A DNA stretch of 63,166 nucleotides, counting the filler, from an uncultured archaeon (GTDB lineage: Archaea; Nanobdellota; Nanobdellia; Woesearchaeales; CAIVOO01): assembly GCA_903842985.1 (NCBI GenBank). It is 5 parts of 5 records of this genome, joined end to end, with 100 filler letters (N's around TTAATTAATTAA, not from the genome) between each part and the next. Parts side by side here need not be neighbours in the genome. Positions count along the whole stretch, not along the records: positions 47,252 to 59,035 come from CAIMOB010000033.1; positions 59,136 to 63,166 come from CAIMOB010000036.1; 3 more parts are not named here. The stretch is one strand, 5' to 3'. Under the pieces are notes generated by a model. It had not been told where the DNA came from. It worked only from the letters and a program-made list of their open reading frames with translations, and made no database searches. Positions 56,898 to 63,166 of this stretch are shown one piece after another; within the stretch, counting starts at the first letter, position 1; the number at the start of each line of letters is the position of its first letter. The position numbers and the translations under genes are program-made.

Positions 56898-57506
56898 TTA
56901 TTTTATTTTTATAGAGACTTTCTTCGCTTCGTAGTCGTCTGTAAATCCGTTCGAGTCAACTTTCTGCGCTTTTATCTCAAAAATATATGTTCCTGGCACC
57001 GTTTCCTTATCGACGCCGATATTTTTGCCTATCTTGATAACAATTGGCGCAACCCAGGTTTCCTGCGAATCCATGTATTTTTCACCATATTGGTTGACAA
57101 CCCAGGTGTTCATTGTTGCATCCTCGGCTTCAACAGGCGCCTCACCCATAGATATCTGACGTTCTACAAAATTCACAACTATTTTATATTGTGTTCTTGG
57201 AACCTCCTGGCTCTTGATTCCATAGGCAAACACAAGGCTGTCGCCTATGCTTCCTATCTTATAATTTACAGGAAGGCACGATCTCACTCCGCCTACAAGG
57301 CATTTTTCTGCATCTACTTTTGCCGCATTTATCTCGTCGCTTAAGTCCTCCACTATCTGGCCAGCTTCCTCCTGACTCACCTGAGGCGCCACAGCGCGTG
57401 TCTCCTCAGCCACCTTCGGAACCTTCACGACCGTTGATTCCATCTTGTTCCCGCAGCCAGCCAGCAAAAATGCAGCCAGCAGCAGCACAACAAATAATTT
57501 TTTCAT
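56898..57506 (-). CDS. Putative lipoprotein
   Basis: MKK-hydrophobic-LAGC lipobox. Confidence 0.8.
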   Translation of the reverse strand: MKKLFVVLLLAAFLLAGCGNKMESTVVKVPKVAEETRAVAPQVSQEEAGQIVEDLSDEINAAKVDAEKCLVGGVRSCLPVNYKIGSIGDSLVFAYGIKSQEVPRTQYKIVVNFVERQISMGEAPVEAEDATMNTWVVNQYGEKYMDSQETWVAPIVIKIGKNIGVDKETVPGTYIFEIKAQKVDSNGFTDDYEAKKVSIKIK

Positions 57507-57515
57507 TTTACCACC

Positions 57516-58508
57516 TCATATCTTTATTACATTTAACTTGAAATCCTTGCTCAACAATTCTTTTGCCTTTTTTGTAAGCTCCCCTGTTGTAATGAGGATT
57601 ACAGGCATCTTCTTCAGCTGTCCCTGAACATAGGCAGATGAAAGGTCTGAATCAGACAGGTTCTTCTTGTTCTTTGCCCTGCAGTAATATTCAAATGAGC
57701 CAACTGTACTCGGAACCTTCAGGATAAACTCAATTTCTGAATTCTTTCTAAGTATCTTGAAGTCAATAATCTCAATCTCCTTATTCTTGAAGAATTTCTT
57801 CGCCTTTTCAAGGAAATCATCTTCTGTTACCCTTATCTTTTTCTTGATTTCCTCCTTTTCCCTAGAAAAAGCAGAGCTTTTTCTGGGCCCAGCTGAACTT
57901 TGTTCAGCTTGGGTTTCATCTGCAAACTCTGTTATCTTCTTCGCTTCCTCCCTTCTTGGCGTCTCTTTTTTTATTTCCTCTTTCCTGACTTCTCTTATCT
58001 CATTCTTGATTTCCTCTTTTGACATTTCTTTTTGAACAGGCACCACTTTTTCTGAAATCAAATCCTTTAATTCATCTTTTATCAGGGTTTCAGCTTCGCT
58101 GTCAGAAACTAAATACCATTTCCAGAATATCTCCGTGCTGTTTCCAACCTGCACCTCAAGCGGTCTAGCAAAGTCTTTTATAGTCCTTAATGAGAATCTT
58201 ATTAGCGGATTTTGCTCGCTGTCCCTAATCACTTTTTTCTGCTTTAGAATATCAAATGTTTTCCTGTCCTTTTCATTTAGATATTTGTAAAACTCGACAA
58301 GCCTTGGCTCCTGCCCGCCAATATAATAAACAGGGCTTCCACCCACTTTTACACTTGTCAGAAATGCTTTTTTCTCATCCACAAGCTGGGAAAGGATTGC
58401 GCCAGCGAACATTGTGTTGCCGCTGATTTCCTTTGTTATTTGTATTGGTATTAACGGCCCTTTCATCTTTATGAGCCTTAAAACAGCCTCTGCTTTTGTT
58501 TCTGGCAT
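57516..58508 (-). CDS. Hypothetical protein (N-terminal wHTH-like, charged linker, restriction-fold-like C-terminus)
   Basis: 330-aa ORF; C-terminal ILITTGELTKKA. Confidence 0.75.
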   Translation of the reverse strand: MPETKAEAVLRLIKMKGPLIPIQITKEISGNTMFAGAILSQLVDEKKAFLTSVKVGGSPVYYIGGQEPRLVEFYKYLNEKDRKTFDILKQKKVIRDSEQNPLIRFSLRTIKDFARPLEVQVGNSTEIFWKWYLVSDSEAETLIKDELKDLISEKVVPVQKEMSKEEIKNEIREVRKEEIKKETPRREEAKKITEFADETQAEQSSAGPRKSSAFSREKEEIKKKIRVTEDDFLEKAKKFFKNKEIEIIDFKILRKNSEIEFILKVPSTVGSFEYYCRAKNKKNLSDSDLSSAYVQGQLKKMPVILITTGELTKKAKELLSKDFKLNVIKI

Positions 58509-58541
58509 AGAAGTTCAAAAAGCCTGTTTTATTTATATAAC

Positions 58542-58817
58542 TTATGGCCTGACCCACTTGATTTCATAATATGTAACATCGTTTTCCTCATCTACAATCC
58601 CTATAAGAAGCCTTTTCTTTGTTGAGTGCGCAACCCTGTTTTTTGCAGCAAACTCATACCAAGTTAGTGTTTCAGCTTCGTCAACAGGATAGACAACCCA
58701 TTTTGCATGGTCTTCGCCAGGCTTCACACCCCTTTCATAAACCCTGAAATCAGCGCCGAATTTCAGCGCTGTCTTGACTATGTATCCCCTGCTCCTCAGG
58801 TCCTTGAATACAACAAA
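58542..58817 (-). CDS. endA: tRNA-intron endonuclease, C-terminal part
   Basis: FVVFKDLRSRGYIVKTALKFGADFRVY...H...RVAHSTKK. Confidence 0.92.
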   Translation of the reverse strand, partial: FVVFKDLRSRGYIVKTALKFGADFRVYERGVKPGEDHAKWVVYPVDEAETLTWYEFAAKNRVAHSTKKRLLIGIVDEENDVTYYEIKWVRP

Positions 58818-59035
58818 CCTTTAGGTATTTTTTTGAAAATCTTTTTTATTTCTTTAACAGTAACCGGTGTTTTGTCTGCTAATAGATGAAGAGGAGTTTC
58901 CCCCGCTTTATTGTATACTTTAATTGTATTTGGGTTATCAAGAATTTCTTTGTTTCCAGCTACTGCTAGATAATGCAAGGGAGTATTTCCACGATGGTCT
59001 TTTACTTTTGACATAGAAGGATTTTCTAGTACTGA
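58818..59035 (-). CDS. Ankyrin-repeat fragment joined out of frame to endA
   Basis: GNTPLHYLA and GETPLHLLA repeats. Confidence 0.7.
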
Positions 59036-59135
59036 NNNNNNNNNNNNNNNNNNNNNNNNNNNNNNNNNNNNNNNNNNNNTTAATTAATTAANNNNNNNNN
59101 NNNNNNNNNNNNNNNNNNNNNNNNNNNNNNNNNNN
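59036..59135. other. Artificial contig linker
   Basis: N-run-TTAATTAATTAA-N-run. Confidence 0.99.
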
Positions 59136-59244
59136 GTAAACCTCAACAAGCTCTGAGTATTTCATAAGCGGGATTAAGAATGAGGGGTTTAAAAATGTTA
59201 TTGAAAACGTTAATTTTATATATCCTAGATATTTAAATGGGGAT

Positions 59245-59946
59245 ATGGACACATTTGAAGCAATTCACAAAAGGCAGTCTATCAGGAAGTTCATGGATAT
59301 TCCTGTTCCTTTTGACAGTGTGGCGCAGATACTTCGTGCGGGCATGGACGCGCCTTCTCCAGGCAACCTCCATAACTACAAAATAGTTCTTGTGCAGGAA
59401 GAGGGAACAATAAAAAAGCTGGCTGAGGCAGCCCTTCAGCAGTATTGGATAGAAACTGCAAAAGTCATCATTGTTTTATGTGACGAACCTGAAAAAATAG
59501 AGAGGCATTACAGCAAAAGAGGAAAGGACCTTTATTCGATACAGGGGTGCGCTGCAATGGCTGAGAACATGCTTGTTTCTGCCTGCGCATTGGGTCTTGC
59601 CTCATGCTGGGTTGGCGCTTTTGAAGAAGACATGGTTAAAAGGGTGCTTAATATCCCCGACAATATCAGAGTACAGGCGATTCTTCCAATCGGATATCCT
59701 AACGAGGCGGTTCCAAGACCGCAGAGGCCTGACATAGATAAGGTTGTTTTTGTTGAGTCATATGGAAGAAAATTTGACATGGACGAGGCAACCGGCTACT
59801 GGAGCGGCATTTTTGAAAAGAAAATAAAAAAAGCAAAGAAGACTGTCGAGAAGAAAGTGGAGAAGGAAGGCGAGGAGCTGAAAAAAGGCTTTATGTACTT
59901 CCTCAGGAACATTAAGAAGAAATTAAATAAGCTGTTTCAGCGTTGA
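59245..59946 (+). CDS. Nitroreductase family protein
   Basis: RQSIRKF, APSPGN, LGLASCWVG, IGYP. Confidence 0.92.
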   Translation: MDTFEAIHKRQSIRKFMDIPVPFDSVAQILRAGMDAPSPGNLHNYKIVLVQEEGTIKKLAEAALQQYWIETAKVIIVLCDEPEKIERHYSKRGKDLYSIQGCAAMAENMLVSACALGLASCWVGAFEEDMVKRVLNIPDNIRVQAILPIGYPNEAVPRPQRPDIDKVVFVESYGRKFDMDEATGYWSGIFEKKIKKAKKTVEKKVEKEGEELKKGFMYFLRNIKKKLNKLFQR

Positions 59947-60123
59947 AGATATTCTAGAACATGTGTGGTTACACATTTATTATTTTTTCTAAAAATAAAT
60001 TTGTAAAAAAAGAAATAATCCCCATGCGCTAAGCGCATGAGGCCTTTGCCTTCATTAAAGAGATTTGTTGGGGGTGGTTTAAATGAAGGCAAGAAAACGC
60101 ACCTTTGAATCGGTGACCGTTAT

Positions 60124-61200
60124 CTACCTTATTATCTCTATGCCAAGTTCCCTCGACACCTGGGATGCTTTTGGGCTTGGCTGCCTATGGTCGACCTTAC
60201 CAAGTATCCAAGGCGATTTGACTCCAGTAATTATTGTCATTACTGTAATCCTTCCCTTCATGTCGTCTATGACACGGGCTCCCCAGATGACGTTTGCGTC
60301 CGGGTCCATCGATTCTGTGACGAGCTCTCCAATCTTATTGATGTCGTCAAGAGTCATGTCAGGACCGCCGGCAACGTGAATGATTGCTCCGGTTGCACCC
60401 TGGTAGTTTATGTCAAGTAGAGGGTTTGCAAGTGCTCCTTTAACAGCCTCTTCAACCCTGTTTGTTGTGTCTGAGCTTCCTACTCCGATTGCCGCGACTC
60501 CTCCGTTTGTCATGATTGCCTTTACGTCAGCATAATCAAGGTTGACAAGCGACGGTATTGCAATTGTCTCGACAATTCCCTTTATCATTGTGGAGATTAG
60601 CTCGTTGGCTACTGCAAATGCCTGAGTTACTGGAAGGTTTCCAGCTATCTGCACAAGCCTGTTGTTGTCTATTACAATAACAGTGTCGCAGACCTGTCTC
60701 AGCTGCTGCAGGCCGAACTCTGCCTTGTCTATTCTTGCCCTTTCAATCTTGAAAGGCATTGTGACTGTTCCGATTACGATTGAACCTATATCTTTTGCAA
60801 TCTGAGAAACAACTGGTGCTGCTCCTGTTCCTGTTCCGCCTCCCATACCTGCGCAAACAAATACCATATCAGAATCTTTTAAGGATTCTTTTAAGAACTG
60901 AAGTGACTCTTTTGCTGCCTCAACTCCCTTATCTGGGAATCCGCCGCATCCAAGCCCTCTTGTAACGTTTCTTCCAAGGAGGATTTTCTTATCTGCCTCA
61001 GTTACCTGTAAGTGCTGCTGGTCTGTATTAACAGCTAGTATCTCAGCTCCCTTGATTCCCTTCTTATAGAGCCAATTTACCATATTGTTTCCAGCACCGC
61101 CTACACCGATAATCTTGATGTTGGCCTGGCCTACTTGTAGGCCTTCAAAGTCTGTCTTTTGTTGTTCTGTTTTCAAAGCGCTTTGCACTAAAAAGTCCAT
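60124..61200 (-). CDS. ftsZ: Cell division protein FtsZ
   Basis: GVGGAGNN, GGGTGTG and NLDYAD motifs. Confidence 0.97.
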   Translation of the reverse strand: MDFLVQSALKTEQQKTDFEGLQVGQANIKIIGVGGAGNNMVNWLYKKGIKGAEILAVNTDQQHLQVTEADKKILLGRNVTRGLGCGGFPDKGVEAAKESLQFLKESLKDSDMVFVCAGMGGGTGTGAAPVVSQIAKDIGSIVIGTVTMPFKIERARIDKAEFGLQQLRQVCDTVIVIDNNRLVQIAGNLPVTQAFAVANELISTMIKGIVETIAIPSLVNLDYADVKAIMTNGGVAAIGVGSSDTTNRVEEAVKGALANPLLDINYQGATGAIIHVAGGPDMTLDDINKIGELVTESMDPDANVIWGARVIDDMKGRITVMTIITGVKSPWILGKVDHRQPSPKASQVSRELGIEIIR

Positions 61201-61501
61201 TTTGGTTTCCCCCTTTGTTTTTGGTTGATTGTATACTGCGGAATATATCTTACAATACCGCAATATTTAAATATGGGCCATTCTATACCCTACTTCAGAA
61301 ATAATTAACGCCAAAATTTAAATCGCCAATTTTGATTTTCGAGCGCCAACTCGAATAATCAATTATTATTTTTCTATATATTCCATATCTACTATAAAAA
61401 TATTTCTAATATTTAACCTATATATTGCAGTATACATTTATGTATACTAGTAGCTAATGGCTTTAGAAAACTATTTATAATATACTCAGGGCTTTCCCTG
61501 C

Positions 61502-62263
61502 ATGGCACTAAATATAATAGGCATTGGCCTAAATGACGAAAAAGATATTACGCTAAAAGGGCTTGAGCTTGTAAAAAAATCAGATGCTGTTTATCTTGAG
61601 AGCTATACTGCATTTCTGAACTGCAATGCTGAGAAGCTCGAAAAGCTTTATGGCAAAAAAATAATTTTGGCAGACAGGGAGCTGGTTGAGCAGAGAGCAG
61701 AGGAAACAATTCTGAAAGATGCAAAAAGCAAGGAAGTTTCTTTTATTGTTGTTGGCGATCCAATGTCAGCGACAACGCACATTGATTTGATGCTTCGTGC
61801 AAAGGAGCTTGGAATCAAAGTTAATATTGTTAACAATGCATCTGTTCTGACTGCAGTTGGGATTACCGGGCTTCAATTGTATAAATTTGGAAGAACAGCG
61901 TCGCTTCCTTATCCGCAGGAGAACTTCAAGCCAGAAAGCGCTTATGACATAATAATGAGTAATCTGAAAAATAATCTGCATACATTGATTCTGCTTGATT
62001 TGAATTTGAAAGAGAAAAGCTCAATGAGTGTGAACGAAGCGATAAAGATTCTTCTTGCAATTGAGGAGAAAAGAAAAGAGAAAATTTTCACAAAAGAAAC
62101 ATTGATTGTCGGATGCGCAAGATTGGGCGGGGACTATAAAATAAAGTTTGGCAAAGTAAAGAAACTGGAAAAAGAGGATTTCGGAAAAGGAATGCAGTGC
62201 CTGATTATTCCTTCTAAGATGCATTTCAAGGAAGAGGAAGCGCTGGGATTATATCGAATTTAG
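61502..62263 (+). CDS. dph5: Diphthine synthase
   Basis: YLESYT, GDPMSATTH, GLQLYKFG, HTLILLD. Confidence 0.95.
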   Translation: MALNIIGIGLNDEKDITLKGLELVKKSDAVYLESYTAFLNCNAEKLEKLYGKKIILADRELVEQRAEETILKDAKSKEVSFIVVGDPMSATTHIDLMLRAKELGIKVNIVNNASVLTAVGITGLQLYKFGRTASLPYPQENFKPESAYDIIMSNLKNNLHTLILLDLNLKEKSSMSVNEAIKILLAIEEKRKEKIFTKETLIVGCARLGGDYKIKFGKVKKLEKEDFGKGMQCLIIPSKMHFKEEEALGLYRI

Positions 62264-63166
62264 AACATCATGCGCATTCACAGAATTGACATATTTTATC
62301 AATTTATTCCATGTTTTTCCTGATTTAACCATGAATTGTATTTTCAATGACTCCTTTTCTTCGTTTGAAACTCTTGCGAACTTGTCAGCTTCGATCAATC
62401 CATAGGGATAGCCGAGGAAAACAGGATCTTTTGAAATTGCTGCAATGCTGCTGAACAGTTCCTCTGGCTTGAATTCGCTTCTGTTGTAAACTTCAAACCT
62501 AAAGACATAATCTGATTTCTCATGCAGTTTTACAAAAAAGAGCTTGACTTTGTGGCTGTCATTTGAAATGTTTGCAACAGGGTAATAAAACCAGTTCTCA
62601 TTTGGCCCGATTTCATTCAGGATTCCTGCCATTGAATTGCCTTTTTTTGTGAAGATTGAGGATGTTTTTGCAAGCGCTGATACAACTATGTTTTTTGCAG
62701 ACGCGTTCTGGTAAAGCCCATCCAAATGATTTTCTTCTTTTGTCAGCGTCGCCTGCAGTGTTCCGTCGAGAACTATCAAATCGTTTGCGTCAAGATTTTT
62801 TGTTATTTCAGCTGCAACCCTGAGCTCTGCAAACCTTCTTACGGCATCCCCGACCCTTGAAATGTCTGCCCTGTGCATCCCGCTTCTTAATGTCTGATCA
62901 AATGATGAGAATGAAAGCTCATTTTCGTCAAAAAGAATTGCTTCTTTCACTGGAAAAAGATTTGTCTTGTAAACAATCTCATTTCCTTCTGTTGCAGAAT
63001 AAACCAATAAGTAGAATTCATATTTTTTCATCGCCAGCTTCTTCCTTCCCAGGTAAACAGACGCAAAAACCCTTATGAAATGCAGCGAGAAATTCGGCGC
63101 CTTCAGTATTTCAGCATTTCCGCCGTCAACAAAAGCGATTTTTCTGTCAGAAACAGCTGATTTGAA
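62249..63166 (-). CDS. nurA: NurA-family nuclease (5' end outside window)
   Basis: IAFVDGGN near the window end, LDGTL, GYPYGLIEAD. Confidence 0.85.
   Translation of the reverse strand, partial: FKSAVSDRKIAFVDGGNAEILKAPNFSLHFIRVFASVYLGRKKLAMKKYEFYLLVYSATEGNEIVYKTNLFPVKEAILFDENELSFSSFDQTLRSGMHRADISRVGDAVRRFAELRVAAEITKNLDANDLIVLDGTLQATLTKEENHLDGLYQNASAKNIVVSALAKTSSIFTKKGNSMAGILNEIGPNENWFYYPVANISNDSHKVKLFFVKLHEKSDYVFRFEVYNRSEFKPEELFSSIAAISKDPVFLGYPYGLIEADKFARVSNEEKESLKIQFMVKSGKTWNKLIKYVNSVNAHDVLNSI

Overview
Five concatenated contigs (joined by N-TTAATTAATTAA-N linkers) from an archaeal genome bin. Gene content (two histones, DnaG, Hjc, SecY with a DUF106 insertase, archaeal r-proteins, RpoL, SRP54, PAN, FEN1, FtsZ, Dph5, NurA, tandem-Lrp regulator, GNVGIG-repeat surface protein) suggests a DPANN archaeon, probably Woesearchaeota (inference). 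Most of the window is housekeeping and includes four tRNAs, two with short introns. The outstanding feature is a ~9.5 kb island (31.1-40.6 kb) directly downstream of a HerA/VirB4-like ATPase. It holds about 25 short, mostly membrane ORFans, all on the + strand, most with a long bacterial-type Shine-Dalgarno (up to GAAAGGAGGTGA). They are separated by a repeated module: a long hairpin with a shared closing stem and variable interior, then a small AACAA-GC-loop-GC-GTT(G/T)A hairpin. No integrase, transposase or virion gene is visible. Other signals: an AT-rich MFS gene bounded by inverted dif-like sites and an attC-like hairpin; a hairpin repeated at two r-protein operon junctions; a structured dnaG leader; endA split over two contigs by a 49-bp repeat next to an ankyrin fragment; a displaced duplicate of the SRP54 3' end; and an origin/operator-like repeat region around an HTH gene. 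All calls are by eye, with no database searches.
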